In this document: positions 49,245 through 62,765 of the stretch, piece after piece
How positions within the stretch are numbered: position 1 is the stretch's first letter
Layout: each line of letters opens with the position of its first letter
NCBI GenBank assembly: GCA_051362555.1
Contig: CM120649.1
Location: 8,494,001 to 8,558,000, forward strand
Direction of reading: 5' to 3'
DNA length: 64,000 nt
Source of the DNA: Lingula anatina
Taxonomy: Eukaryota > Animalia > Brachiopoda
Notes under the pieces: generated by a model
Seen by the model: only the letters and a program-made list of their open reading frames with translations
What the model was told of the DNA's origin: nothing
Databases searched by the model: none
Made by a program: the position numbers and the translations under genes

Positions 49245-51522
49245 CTTAAAAAGTTATGTACTTTAGACTCTCTCACAATCACACACACACACAAGCACAC
49301 AAACAAAGCTACAGTTAATTGTCATTACTGCAACCTCTTTCTGGAATGCAAGAACTGAGGGTTATTTTTTGTACACATAATATATACATTGTATAGCCTT
49401 AAATTTAATTTTATCTAACTTATTAGTATAGTTAATGATTATCATGCATGTGATATTAATAGACATATTTAAAAGTTAAAATGTTTCTGCTGAAGACAGC
49501 AACAGGTTTATGAATGAATGACACCATTGGAAAATAGTGAAAGTCAAAAAAAGTTAAAAGCACGGCTCACAAATTCTGTTTGTAATTGTTGACATGTTTC
49601 CATTTTGTGTAGTTTTGTTTGCAGTAAGGGATTTGTGCAACAAAAATCTTTCTCAAAATCTCTGGGATAAATAAGCAGGGCCAAATAGAAAAAATACCAA
49701 TTAAAATTTGAATCATTATTGCAGATACGCCAAAGTTAGCTTGATCATGCTCTGTTATTTTACTTCAGAATCTGTGCAATTAGTTTATGAACACAACTGA
49801 AGTGTTTTGGTATGAGTGTTAGGGTTAAGATATTGGCACATTTTATTTCAACACCATTATTTTAGTAAATCATAATTCCATAATGCATTTTGGGCGTCAA
49901 GTTGGCTCTGTTTTGGTGAAAATATATATATCCATGCATATCTCATTGCATTATGGGGTTTATTAAGTTTACATTCAAACGATATCTTTTTATATTTATA
50001 CAGTTTCTGTTCATTTATTTTATTGTTACTACTCACTTTCATAATCACTGAGCATCATTTTCATACGTGTGTTATATTGATTAACTGCGAGGCACATGAG
50101 GCATAACCAAGCTTATTACAATTTTCATATGCAGTGTATTATAGTTAACTAAAAAGTCAACAGTTATTGTTAGGATATTGTCACAAAGAAGAGATTTGTG
50201 TCTGTAGCTAACTGTAGTAGGCCTGGGGTGTAAGTATTGCACATTTTTATTTAACGGGTCCTTCAAACATTGAGCAATTTTGTCAGATAAAGCAGTTTTG
50301 TTAGAACTGGTTGAAGGTATTGGAAAGCACTGGGCAAAGATGTAGCTTGATTTACTTTTATATACCAAGAAATTATTGAGAATAATCATAATTTCTAGAT
50401 ATCATAAAAATGATGAGAAAAGCACTCCAAAATGCCAAATTATGTACCTATGTCTATATTTATGTGTATTATTCAGTGTGCGCATCATGAGAACCAACTT
50501 GTCAAAGGCTTACAATGAGTACATGTTATTTTATCCTGCGTCATGTGCTGTAAAGGGCCATAGGGACAGCTAGAAGATTTGCACTTTAGTGACATTCTAA
50601 CTGTGAAAACAGAAAGGACACAACTGCACAACTGTTAGCAATGGAAGTCTGTGGATTAATGGTAGAGCTGACTGGCTGTTGTATATGCTCTGTAACTCAG
50701 ACTAACAAAAAAGAATTATGATATGGTTTATACTGGACTTTGTATTGTATTCTGTTAATGGTGACAAATGCTGTGTGTTACTATGCTTGTAACAAAGATC
50801 TGTGAAATCAGAAAATTATTTGCTCCACTTTGACGATATTTTAGTTACGGTGTTTACAGACTGTTTATTTAAAAGGGTGTAAAATGATGAAGAAAGAATT
50901 CATGAACTATTTGTGTGGCACAAGAACTGCACTAATCACTTATTTTTTTCTCTTAGCTGAAAGCTTTAATGTACACTTTAAGATAATACTATTTAGATCA
51001 AAAGCAGTACAACCAAAAAAATGACATTATTGTATTTGTACTCATCAGCTTCTTTCTAACATAGTAATTATCATATGATGCTATTCGTAAGATATGTATA
51101 CTGTTGATATTGATGGAAGGCAGGTACAGGTACATATATTACACACACATTACATTAAATTGCTTTTAATATTGTGAATCGTGTGCTCATCTTTGCTTAT
51201 TGCACGTATGCTGTATACGTGTAAAATGTATAATTCATCATTTAATGGAAATCTACTGACCCAGCGTTTATTCTTATATTATAATTTAGGATAAAAATTG
51301 TTAGCTAATAACGGTGAGTGTCGGCTCTTACCGCCTTGTCTGCTGCTTCCCTCCCAGCTGCAGTTGAAGTCTAATTCTAAACTAGCTGGATGTTGAGTTT
51401 CGCTAATTGTCCTGTATGGGAGGGAAGTAGCAGGTGTTATTACCACATACTGTTAGATAACAATTCTCTATCCACAACTACTCATAAATAACAGCCTGTG
51501 TACTCTGCTCATCTGCTTTTGC

Positions 51523-51528
51523 AATAAA
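51523..51528 (+). terminator. Candidate polyadenylation signal of the filamin gene
   Basis: AATAAA ~2.3 kb after the stop, near where CpG depletion ends; not unique evidence. Confidence 0.3.
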
Positions 51529-54182
51529 GTCATATTGTTACAGAAAAAGCTTGAGTTCTGTCATATGATAAAAGTTATGGTGCAAAATCCTCCCAATGTC
51601 CAACAAACAAACATATACTCGTATACCCTCTTACCAGGGTGACAGATTGATTTTCCACAGATATTCACAGATATGTCTCTAGATAAATAGAGTCATTTTG
51701 GCTCTCAGTCAGCAAAAGTGTCCACAATAATAACTGCAGCCCTGGTAGAGGGTAGTACTCGTACATGAGATTAGCAGCTGCAATTTGCCAAAAACAAGCC
51801 ACGCCCTGATATCAAATGTATGTTCTGATCTAAAGGGACCTGAAAACTTCTTAATGTGGATCTTGATGATGTTTGGCTTGGGCAGTCGCCACCAAAAAAC
51901 TTACCGTTTTTAAATTGTGACAAATTTAGTTAAACACTACTGTGCAATAACAACATAGTGTAATCGGGTGGTAAAACTGCAATCTAGAACAAGCTTAGCC
52001 GAAGATATAAAATAGCAACCTGCAGGTTTGTTGATACAGACAAATTACAATAATCAGCCCGCGCTAGTCTACATGTACGTTTTTCAAAGTGATCAAAAGC
52101 CCCACATTAAAACACACCAGACCGAAAACTGAAAGGTGTGACAGAATCTGTCACATGTTTACCCAAGACATGACAACTGATGAGGACATAATATTTCTAA
52201 TCAACTTGCAATAAACCGTAAACGAGAACTATAATAAAGCAGCGAGACCAAGTTATCGTTGTTTAATATTACAGTGTACAAGGTCATAAAAATATATGAT
52301 GTGTACCAGCACAGGCTTAATTTTAAATGAAACTGACTTTAGAAAAGACAACATTTTGATTCACTTCTAGGGTTTCCATTTCTAGGTACAGCATTTCTAC
52401 CCTTTTTAATTTTATTAGCAGTTAGCAGTAGAATACATTGCTGATACAGACGCACGGTAATGTATGGAGGGGCACGTGTACGAATACACTGAAATAAATC
52501 GCCCAGTTCATCTTTCAAATTTGATAATAAAAACATAATTCCGAAAAGTTGTATTTTTTTATTTCAGGGAAAGAACAATTAAAAAAATTCTTTCAAACTT
52601 CATACTGTAGCTTTCATTTGTTCACTATTTTTACGAGTTCAGATAAACCAAAAACAATAGCAAACCAAAACTTCGTGTCTATTAGCATGGAAATATACAT
52701 TGTACATTTATCTACGATATATTTCCGTGATTTAATGCCTATTGGTTTTAAATATATTTGTATTATGAAACAAACAAATATTGTATTGTGAAAGAAGTAA
52801 GCGATCTGAGTGCTAAATATACGGTCCATGGGTGCTTCGATAACTGAACTATAAACAAATTCACATAAATTATTTTGAACTGGCATTCCAATTCAACTAG
52901 CACTAGAAATAACGCTTTGTTCCCCTAACACCGATACTATTATTATTAACATTTTACAACTGTAGGGCCATCTAGCTGCATCAGTAGACATGCCCCCTCT
53001 CCCCAGTCCAGGAAAATCAAATAAAATCAGACAAAACTAAAAACATACCTCTGTATTTCGAGAGGACGTGAATCAAACCCTCAATGATAAGTGATCAAGA
53101 CAGTGAGATCTGTTGTCTTTTTATGTGTTTAAGGGATAACAACTCTGCATGTGAGATTCAAAACTCCACAATAAATACATTGTAAATAACACTTTGAATG
53201 TCAGGGAAAGAACAATTTAACAAAAAAAAAGTCTTTCAAACTTCATACTTCAGCTCCACTTCGACTTACTTTAAATGTCGGAACGGATACATCGTTGATA
53301 ACCCCAGGAAAATCCGTTTTATGGCACGATGAAAAGTTGTTATCGCTTTAAGATTAGCAATGATTTGGGCTGGGAGCTGTCTAGGGAGCCGCTACTCCCC
53401 CTTCCCTGCCCCCGTCCCCCTCAAAACACGTACACACACACACGCGCGCACACGCACATGCATATGTTTTTTTTTTAATCACGCCGGTCAATAATGCAGA
53501 ATTCTCAGCTTCTTACGAGTTTCGGGTCCCAATTCATTATTACCCCCATGATAAAATACACCTTTGAAATAAAAAATAAACCTGGTCCCTTTTTTCTTTG
53601 GATAACGCGATCCTTAAAACTGTACATATTCACAAGTTCAACATGTTACGTTAAAACACTGCTCAAAATGAAACGATCCAACGTTGTGAAGTCAACAAAC
53701 AACATTTAACTATCGTAAACCCCAAAGTTCCACGATGCAATCAAGGTCAATTACCAGTTCCAACTTCGCGAATTAAAATGTCATCAGAAACTACATCACA
53801 AGCTTTTAAATTCCTTGCCCTCTGTTCAACTCAAGGAGGCGGACACATAGCAGGGCTTCTTGTAATCTATATCTGTAGGATCAAAACATCACAACAAATA
53901 CCATTAATACATTATCCGTGATGAAAAATATAATTCGATATATTACGCCTAGAGTAAAAATATAATTCAGTTATTATGCCTAGAGTAACACTAAATGCAT
54001 CTGCTCTTAATCAGCCCAAACCTACCTGGAGGGATGAGAACACGATCAAAACTAAGATCAGATCTAGATTTTTAAGGTACGCTGGCTCTTTTAATATTCC
54101 TATACATACATGATAGACATGAAATTTGACAGCAAAACTTCAAAACATAATCCTGGTATTTGAAAGGAGATGCTACTGTAAT

Positions 54183-54350
54183 CTCCCCACGCGTCGTCCC
54201 TGCGGGGGTACAGTCACTTAATGCGCATGGGGAGGCGTGTGAGAGGCGGGGAGATTATTAAAAGATTAGGCGGTTTTCCTTTCATGTACGTCCGCCATAT
54301 TTAGTTCGTGACTTTGTAGATCCATGGCTCAACTCGATGTGAATGCAGTC
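54183..54350. mobile_element. Deleted copy of the foldback element at 62220-62765
   Basis: Shares gattaggcggtttt..tttcatgtacgtccgccat and ctccccac.cgtcgtccc. Confidence 0.75.
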
Positions 54351-55550
54351 TTTAAATAAATTAACCCTCACCCCTCTGTAATAAATATCATACTGAGAAT
54401 GAGTACTGTTATACTGAGAAAAATTGTGATTCCTTCTTTCAGTAGAGGTGCATCTCCAGGCAGAGATAATCTCCTTCATCCAGGTATCCCTTTGATTGAA
54501 CTGTCAGTTTTAAGTGTCTCGCCATTGTCCCCTGACATGGATAAACAACGACTGTCGAAACTTGCTTTTTTTCTAGTTTTATTATTTTTATTTACTTTAT
54601 TTATTATTCACAAACAATCAAATGAAAAGCAGACAAACTGATAAAATGGCAGTTGCTTGCTTTCAGAAAAAATTATGACAAGTCGAATTTGCAAATGTTA
54701 CGTCTGTAGCATCTAATAATTTCAGGTAACCTTTAAGTTCCGTCAAAGGGTGTGTGTGAACGTTTTGAATATCATAATTACTATCCCATACTTAAGTCTT
54801 TACATAAAATTTTAGTAGAACATTCAAGAAATGTATAAACGCTTCAAGAAGCAGCGCACTGTCTTTCCTTGGGGAGGGGGGTGTAGTTTTGTCTCTGGAG
54901 GGGGGTGCCTGGTGTTGGAGGGGGTTGTCCTAGAATCGAATATTATATCATGATTATAGCTATGGTGAAGTCAATTTACAATACAGTGGAGCCTGTGTCT
55001 GCTTCTTTAAGTTCAGTTTGCACTAACATACGTCACTGGAGTCAAAATATTGCGTACGTGGGTTTTTGGTAAAATGGAAATCAAGGAAAACAATTTTACA
55101 ACAGTTCTCCTTTTATTTGAGCTCTGTTTAAGAATCAGCAGAAGAAACACTGTGTACGTGGATGACAGCATCGCGCATCCATAGGTACTGATTTCTGCTA
55201 TCATTGGGTGCTTAGGGCTCATTCTCAATGACACTATCGGTCTACTTAGATCGATCCAACCCCGTGGGGACTATCGCTGAATGCAGTAAGATTAACAGTT
55301 TAACATTCCTCCTCCGCGCCTCTCAGGACAATACAATAAAGCTGGTTATTACACCAGTACTTTGGGAAAAAGGATGCGTGTCAATATTTTAATTTGACTG
55401 AATTCAGCGAGAGTTGGTTCGATCCACGCAGAACGATAGTTTCATATGGAATGAGCCCTTAGTCAGCAAGCTGACCACATGTACTGACCACGGGTCATTG
55501 ATTTCGTCACATGTCAGAGGTCAGCTCAGCGTTGCAGGACAGACCACACC

Positions 55551-55557
55551 TATAAGA
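55551..55557 (+). promoter_or_regulatory. TATA-like box of the secreted-protein gene
   Basis: tataaga 47 nt upstream of the signal-peptide ATG. Confidence 0.5.
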
Positions 55558-55597
55558 ACCAGCGCACCGCGTGTGAGACAGCATACAGAGACGCAGG

Positions 55598-55661
55598 ATG
55601 GCCTCCAAACTAGCGTTAGTTTTCCTGTTGGTCCTCTCCTTAGCTGCAACGACGAATGCAT
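55598..55661 (+). CDS. Gene 2 exon 1: signal peptide MASKLALVFLLVLSLAATTNA
   Basis: ATG 55598, hydrophobic core, T-N-A small-residue cleavage site, phase-1 donor T|gtaagt. Confidence 0.85.
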
Positions 55662-57258
55662 GTAAGTTGTTGTTATATTTCTATAAAATATTTCTCAAAA
55701 TTTATTTGACCGTAAAGTACTTTTTTTGAAGCATGTTTTATTAAAAGAGCAATTTTCCCAAAGGTATGAGATGAATTTTTAGAAAAACGTGGCATATTGC
55801 AAAGCATTAATATTATCACAGTTGTGCTTCTGTGGTGTTTTTGAATTGTTCAAAAATCACACAAACGTTTTGTAACTTCCATAAGTGAAAGCCACGGGTA
55901 TTTGCCACCACTTCCACGTGGTGGGGACTGAGTGAAGCGTTACGAAAGAGCTGAGTTTGGTGGAAATGCCCTCTTTGTTCCTTCATGAACTTCTAGCCTG
56001 TATACCAATGGCGAATATCATAAGCTCCTTGCCCCTCTCGCTTGGGAAAAAGTAAAAATAAAGTAAAGTTCGGTTCATATATACCTCGCTGCATTATCCA
56101 CATTTCAGTTCGGTTTTCAATGGATGTGTGGTCATTTTTTGGCCGAGATACAGAGAGGTATTGACGCTCTCGCCTCAATCATCCCAGACAGCTTTTCAAA
56201 AATATACTACTTATGCCCTGTTAGCTTCTGCCAAAGTCCTGTAGAGTAGCTCTGGATACCAGCGGTCAGTTTACTGTCCTCTCTCAGGTCCACGTACCCG
56301 CTGATCATCGTCCGCAGAACTAAACTGCTCTTGGACGCAACTTGGGTGAAAAAAGGAAAAACTGGATAAATGTATATCTGGCATTCCGTCGAGCGATAAA
56401 CATTTTGTGAAGTTGACAAAAGTGAAATTAAAGCGTGACCGCTGAATAACAACGATTTATTCTCCCAAGAAAATTTGCAGCAATGATATTTACCCAGGAA
56501 TAAAATAGATAAACAGAAAAAGGAATAGAAAAGACACCAAGATTAATATCAACAATTCTCATTATTCTGTGTTGGATGAAAATTCTACTTTAACTGTTTT
56601 GCAATAAATTTTGAGCACTCATAAAAAGTAATGGTTATAAATTTCTGGTGGGTTGGAGGATGAAATACGTGACCCAACTACCCGAGGGTCACGCCTGAGT
56701 GAAAACTAAGGTTCTGAGAACAGATTTTACCCTCACCACACCAATTGTGAATGGTCATCATAATATTCACCGTTATGGATTTTACTGGCACATAATTCAG
56801 GCATGTCCTTATGCTCTTGTTTTTTTTTTCCACTGGAGGAAAGAGGAAGGATCATAGGCTTCATAGGCTTATTCAATGCAGTCCCTGGCATAAGAGGCAC
56901 TGACAAAATATAGGTGCAAGTCCTTCAATAGTTGACGGGGCTGCACCAGTATATATATACAGTAGTAACGGGGAGTTTGGGAAACAGACCAGGTCAGGTC
57001 GACATCGTGCCGCAATCCCAGTCCAGGGCAGTTTTCTTTGTTTGTTTTATGTGTAAATACCCTGTATAAGGCATGGCTGTATAAGGCGATTGGTTGAAAA
57101 TTACTTTTTTCACGTTCATAGTTTTTAAACATAAGTTTACTTTTTTATATTTTCATTTTTTAAGTGTTCCCTAACTCCTTTTGTGTAGCATATTTATAGC
57201 AAGAGAGTAGACACTACGGGTGTTAATTTCTAAGAAGATGAATGCTCTTTCTTTTCAG

Positions 57259-57335
57259 TTTTATTTTTTAGTGGCATTACAAATCTATTAAAGAAAATAA
57301 CTTCCAGATGTCCCAATTATCCGGATTACGTGCAG
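57259..57335 (+). CDS. Gene 2 exon 2 (FLFFSGITNLLKKITSRCPNYPDYVQ)
   Basis: tttcag|TT ... CAG|gtgagt; phases 1-0 compatible. Confidence 0.75.
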
Positions 57336-57660
57336 GTGAGTCAAGAGAAAACAGTGAATTGTTTGAATGACTCTACAGCTGTTCATAAAGGTCTTTTCAA
57401 AGCCCAGACTTTACCCGCAGTTGAAAAATACCAAACCGTATTTTCATTTTTATTTTTTAGAGTGCCCGATGATAATTACATCTAATACATATGTCTCATA
57501 ATAATGTAAAACCTACAGTGTACAAAATGCTTAAGATAAGGTAAAAAAAAAACTACCAGGGTTACAACGTTAAACGAACACGTAATAGAAAACACCAACT
57601 TTGATTACTAACGCTTTATCTCTAAGAGGGTTCTTGACATGTTTATTTAATTTTTATCAG

Positions 57661-57707
57661 ATATGTGACCTAAAACCACAAGTGGAACGTTTGCGCAACA
57701 CACTGAA
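57661..57707 (+). CDS. Gene 2 exon 3 (ICDLKPQVERLRNTL)
   Basis: tatcag|AT ... GAA|gtaagt; phases 0-2. Confidence 0.78.
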
Positions 57708-58042
57708 GTAAGTATCCGAAGCCGGGACAAGGACCTCCTTTTTCAAATTATCTAACTAAAGTAAGCCCTGATATACACCATAGCTATAGTATAAATAATC
57801 TAACTAAAGTAAGCCCCTCGACAGAATAACTGTAGTATGAATTATCCAACTGAAGTAAACCCCGTGGTATAATAGAGATAGAATGAATTCCAGTATGTCA
57901 AAGCTGCCATGTATGATAGTTGTTCTTAAATTGTGTATTAATGAACAATGGTCGTGGATTTTCTTTCCTACACGTTAATTTTTCTTTCAAATAAGTGTGG
58001 GTTTGAATTGATTTTCTGTGAATTTCTTTTCTTAACTTAAAG

Positions 58043-58151
58043 AGCAAAGGTCAACGCCCGTAATACAGCGTACAAAGAATGCAAAGCCATGAGCACCAAG
58101 CTGAAACAGGTGCAGACAGAATTTGGGAACTTAGTGGACATGTTCCGCGAG
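58043..58151 (+). CDS. Gene 2 exon 4 (AKVNARNTAYKECKAMSTKLKQVQTEFGNLVDMFRE)
   Basis: ttaaag|A ... GAG|gtgagg; phases 2-0. Confidence 0.78.
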
Positions 58152-58473
58152 GTGAGGGCACTGGTTACTGTTTAAGGGAGCGTTCACAATTAAACTAGAG
58201 AAGATTGATATCTCACTCCGTGGGGAATCTTGCTGAATGAAATCAGATTAACTGAATGGCACAATTTAATATTTAGCTTTGACTCTCTATATATAATAAG
58301 TACGACTTGTTTTCTCAGCCTTTACTTCTTTATGCGCTCATTTTACCGTTTTTTTTCATATGTTACATATAATTATTTCCTTATTATCAATGTACTTGTT
58401 TGATTTATCATGGCCCCTTTCGTTGAAGCGGGTACTGATGCCTGTACATGTCGGTCCGTCCTCTGGCAACCAG

Positions 58474-59703
58474 GGCCCGGTTGCCCGGTTGCACTATCCC
58501 ATACTCGGCTACGACTGTCGTAAACCGCAACGCCTGGCGTCCGTGCGCCAGGTTTACTCTCCCTGCTTACGCCCGTTGCACCAAGACAAAAACTGATCGT
58601 CGTAACTACGCCCGAGTAACGCTCCGTTGCGCCACTGGCCAACAATACGTGGATGGTATAATTGGGCAAATGAGGAGTTCTCAGCTGCAGTCATAATGGA
58701 ATGATGACATAAATAAACACAAAAGGAGCATTTCAGTGACGGAGAAATTCATGAGCTACATTATTCCATTTTGATTTAGAAATAAGAACGTTAAAATACG
58801 TTAACTTTGCTGTTGCCTTGGATATATAGCAATAAAATCGTAAATATATTCCGAATCAAAATATTATTATAGTATGCTGTTGTAAATGAGAAAAACGCGT
58901 TGGAGGCAGTATGTATTTCTATTAATGGATTTGAACACTTTCACATTTGGTATTGGAACATTTGAGTCTGACAATAATCCAAAAAAGCCAGCATTGCTTG
59001 TTTTTTATAATTTTACTACAATTTCATGACATTTTTTATCTATGGTTACACCGTGAGGTATCATTTAATTCAATCGAGCTTACATCTTGGAGATTGAGAA
59101 ATACAAGAGACCTAATACATATTATGAGCCTTAAAATGTTGATATTTTAAGCTTTAGTCTGTTTATATACAATAAAATATGAATGATATAAAATGTGAAT
59201 AAAAATGACTATGGTTAGTTATGGTTTGTCAAAAATTGTGAAAAGAATTAAAGAAACCGTACTGCTGAGAGCCAAGGCGTGTCGACATGAGTGGTAAGAT
59301 TTAATTTGAACACATGCATATACATGTACATGGCTACACACATAATGTATTTAATAATCACTTATATATATATATATATATAAGTGTATAAAATTAGTTT
59401 TTTAAAAACCAAGCTATACAGAAGGAAGTTTTGTGTAAGAAACAAACAAAAAACAACCCACATAATCTACGTTAACTAATTGTCATCAAATTCTCTCTGT
59501 GCCAGCCTAGCCATAGTGGAAAACGAGCTACGACCGACTTACTCCACCTAGCTAGCAGGCGTAAATTTACGACTAAGTTAAGACCGACGTAAACACTACT
59601 CCAGTTTGGTGCAACTGGCTTTTCTCGGGCGTAGCATTTTGCGCCCGGTTTACGCCGGCGCAACTGCTACGCCTCACTTACGACCGGTTGGTGCAACCGG
59701 GCC
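58474..59703. mobile_element. 1.2-kb non-autonomous PIF/Harbinger-like element in gene 2 intron
   Basis: TIR ggcccggttgc ... gcaaccgggcc with 3-bp CAG duplication; CpG-rich subtermini. Confidence 0.8.
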
Positions 59704-59957
59704 CAGATTTATTCCAACAAATGAACATAAAATACGGAAGTTTGCCATCCCATGAAGATGACCCCTATTGGTTTTGATGTCATTGACCTTCAACACACAA
59801 ACTTGTCCTTGGAACTTGTGTTTAACCAATATTTCTTGTTGTAATTTCCAAAATTATTTCCGGTGATTTAGTGGTTTACTCTTTAGGAATTGACTTATCT
59901 TAATTTGACTTAGTATATTATTTAGAATAATTAATCTATTTATCTTTTCATCTCTAG

Positions 59958-60105
59958 CTAACATTCCGAGTCCACAAGCTGATCTCCATCACCACGATGC
60001 GAGCGCAGTATGGGAATTTCGATGCCTCCAAACCTGACGTGGAACTCACGGAGCTCGGCGAGATTACTAGAAAACTGGAGAAACTCAAGACGAACATTAA
60101 CACCG
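59958..60105 (+). CDS. Gene 2 exon 5 (LTFRVHKLISITTMRAQYGNFD...KLEKLKTNINT)
   Basis: ctctag|CT ... CCG|gtaagt; phases 0-1. Confidence 0.8.
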
Positions 60106-60149
60106 GTAAGTTCCTTAAGAAGCAGCTTTAGTCGGCGCTTCCGCACACA

Positions 60150-60194
60150 CTCTCTCTCTCTCTCTCTCTCTCTCTTTTCTCTCTCTCTCTCTCT

Positions 60195-60270
<76 letters not shown>
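60150..60270. repeat. Compound (CT)n(AT)n microsatellite
   Basis: Direct reading. Confidence 0.95.
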
Positions 60271-60276
<6 letters not shown>

Positions 60277-61179
60277 GTAAGCGAGCGGATAAATTGTTTG
60301 TCCAAGTAAATCAGGCTAGCATCTAAAAAAATTACTAGATTATCTGTTCTGACAAGAAAACATAAACGGACTAAATTGAAAACATTCGTTATTGTCGCTC
60401 GTAGCACCAACTCACATTCTGCAATCAATCTGGCTTATTTTCACTAAAGTAAAAAAATTGAAATTCGCCAGGAAGCGAGTATGACGTCTAAGGACTCAGG
60501 AAATGTATAGAATGTTTTTTAAAGCAACGAATTGAAGAGCTTGCAGCTACTTTTGCGGTGCCGCAAGCTTTTAAAAATAAAAAATAATAATAATAAACTC
60601 GATGTCTTTTGACTCAGGTCATTATTTTGAATTGTATGTTTTCATAATATTTAAGCCATTAATAAAATCTTCAGTTTAGTTACATGTATGATAGGCTGGA
60701 CGATGGGGAGGGAAGGAGGGGGAAAAGTGGAGGGTCGGCTTTGCATCCGCGAACCCCCCTTTAAATGATCCTGGATCCGCCCCTGACAATCCACGGATTG
60801 GAAATGCCAATGTGTGAAATATGTGCTCCGCAAAATGCATTACTTCAAACCAAAAGAACAATCTGGCTGATTTTTTTAAAATAAGAGTTGTATTTTAGTC
60901 CTTATAAATCACTTAAAGAATCATTTTGAGATAAAAATGATAGCTCATTGAGAATAAGTTACATGGTTTACTTGCACAGAGTAAAGTGTACAAAACGGGG
61001 TTTTTTTATGTAATATTACATACAGTTAACAGCATAATCAACCTCAATTTTAATTATATTCCCAGTTAACATGGATATTCAGGAAAAAAATCAGCTCAAA
61101 GCCACACCTTGAAAACATCAATATTTGATAAATGAAATTTCACAAAAAAATGCTCATCAGTCGTCTTTCTTTTTACCAG

Positions 61180-61412
61180 ACGTTTCTGGATTCATCGTGG
61201 ATTTCGTAGAGAACCAGTTCTCCATGATAAGCATGATCATCCCTATTCCTATACCAAGTATCCTCAACTTATTTGGCATCAAGAGCAACAAGCAGAGGCA
61301 ACAGGAGTACCTGAACGACCTGAAAGACGCCAAGTCTCGGCTAGAGAGGGACCTGCGGTCCGTGAGACAGAGCTTGGCCAGAGTGCAGGCTGACTGTGCT
61401 GAGATTGAGGCG
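61180..61412 (+). CDS. Gene 2 exon 6 (DVSGFIVDFVENQFSMISMIIPIPIPSILNLFGIK...AEIEA); 3' end of gene unresolved
   Basis: taccag|AC ... GCG|gtgagt; phases 1-0; ORF 61125-61421. Confidence 0.82.
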
Positions 61413-61496
61413 GTGAGTTAGCCCTGGGACGAAATTTAAGCGGTGGGTTAGGCCTGGAACGAGATTTAAGCGGTGGGTTAGGCCTGGGACGAGATT
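61401..61496 (+). repeat. 30-bp tandem repeat (3 copies) spanning gene 2 exon 6 end and donor
   Basis: gagattgaggcggtgagttagccctgggac followed by two diverged copies. Confidence 0.85.
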
Positions 61497-62143
61497 AAAC
61501 GACGCAGCCGAATTCTGTATTAATAATTTTAGCCAATCTAAATTTTCATTTTAGTCTTAAAACAAAATTAAATACATACGATTAAATCAAAATCATATTA
61601 CTATAGTGCTCATTGAAGGGGGGGTTAGGGGGGTCCTGACCCTCCCCCCTTCAGTTTCTAAAAAATGTATCACACCAATATTCCCCTCTTGAAATAAGAA
61701 TTTGACTAGCTAAATCATAGTTGTTGTAAACCATACCAAAGGGCACTGTTTGCTCTCCAAAACACCTTTTTGTCCGGGCCGTTGAGCACACCAAGGGGGC
61801 GATGGTCGTCCCCCCCCCCCCCCCCCCCCCCATCTTCTTATAATCCTGGATCCGTCTCTGTCCTCGCCCCTTCACCTAACCCCAGCAGCTGAAGTCGCAA
61901 AAACAACGGGACTGAACTATTTTATCCACGCTTTACTGAAATAAAATAAACTAACAAAATAGTTATAAGAGTGAAGTAGCGGTTTTTTAGTTAAATAGGA
62001 TAGTAATATTTATGTCTACAGTTATATTTTTATTTCCCATCCACTTATTATCACAGGTCTTTGCTAACATTTAGCCCCGCAAAAATTAAACTACTTACCT
62101 CAACCACAACACGAATGTCACCTTTAATGAAGATGATTTTGTT

Positions 62144-62186
<43 letters not shown>

Positions 62187-62219
62187 TTATTTTGCAGAAA
62201 GTAGACTTTGACAGTAAAA

Positions 62220-62765
62220 GAGCGCATTCTCAACGAATTAAGCCAGGCTTTACAAAGCCGGTGACCTAAAAATGGCGGACGTACATAAAAGAAAAACCGC
62301 CTAATCTTTTAATAGTCTCTCCGCCTCTCACACGCCTCCCCACACGTCGTCCCGGCGGGGTACAGTAATTAAATCTCGGCTCCGAACATTAATATTTCCG
62401 TGAATATCTCTGGTGATATTATCTCCGTAGATAGTCGATTCATTGCTGCTCTACGGGCCAAATTATTCCTTTTTCGTCTCTGTTTTCAAAGATAATAGAA
62501 CAGAAGAGCTTTTTTCCTTCGATCGCCTTCAGCCGCCATGCTTTCTTTACCACGAGTTTAACTGATGAGCATGCGCACTTAATATTTCTCAGGTAGCTTC
62601 CGCATGGCGAACGGAGACGCGATTTAATTACTGTACCCCGCAGGGACGACGTGTGGGGAGGCGGAGAGACTATTATGAGATTAGGCGGTTTTTCTTTCAT
62701 GTACGTCCGCCATTTTTAGGTCACCGGCTTTGTAAAGCCTGGCTTACTTCGTTGAGAATGCGCTC
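62220..62765. mobile_element. Foldback-type non-autonomous DNA element with ~160-bp TIRs (GAG...CTC ends)
   Basis: gagcgcattctcaacgaa... is the reverse complement of ...ttcgttgagaatgcgctc over ~160 bp. Confidence 0.88.

Noticed and set aside
59958-60428. Minus-strand 156-aa ORF with IYIY/RERE runs, and similar HT-repeat ORFs at 10836 and 40090-40541
   Set aside because: Translations of microsatellites or antisense to real exons.
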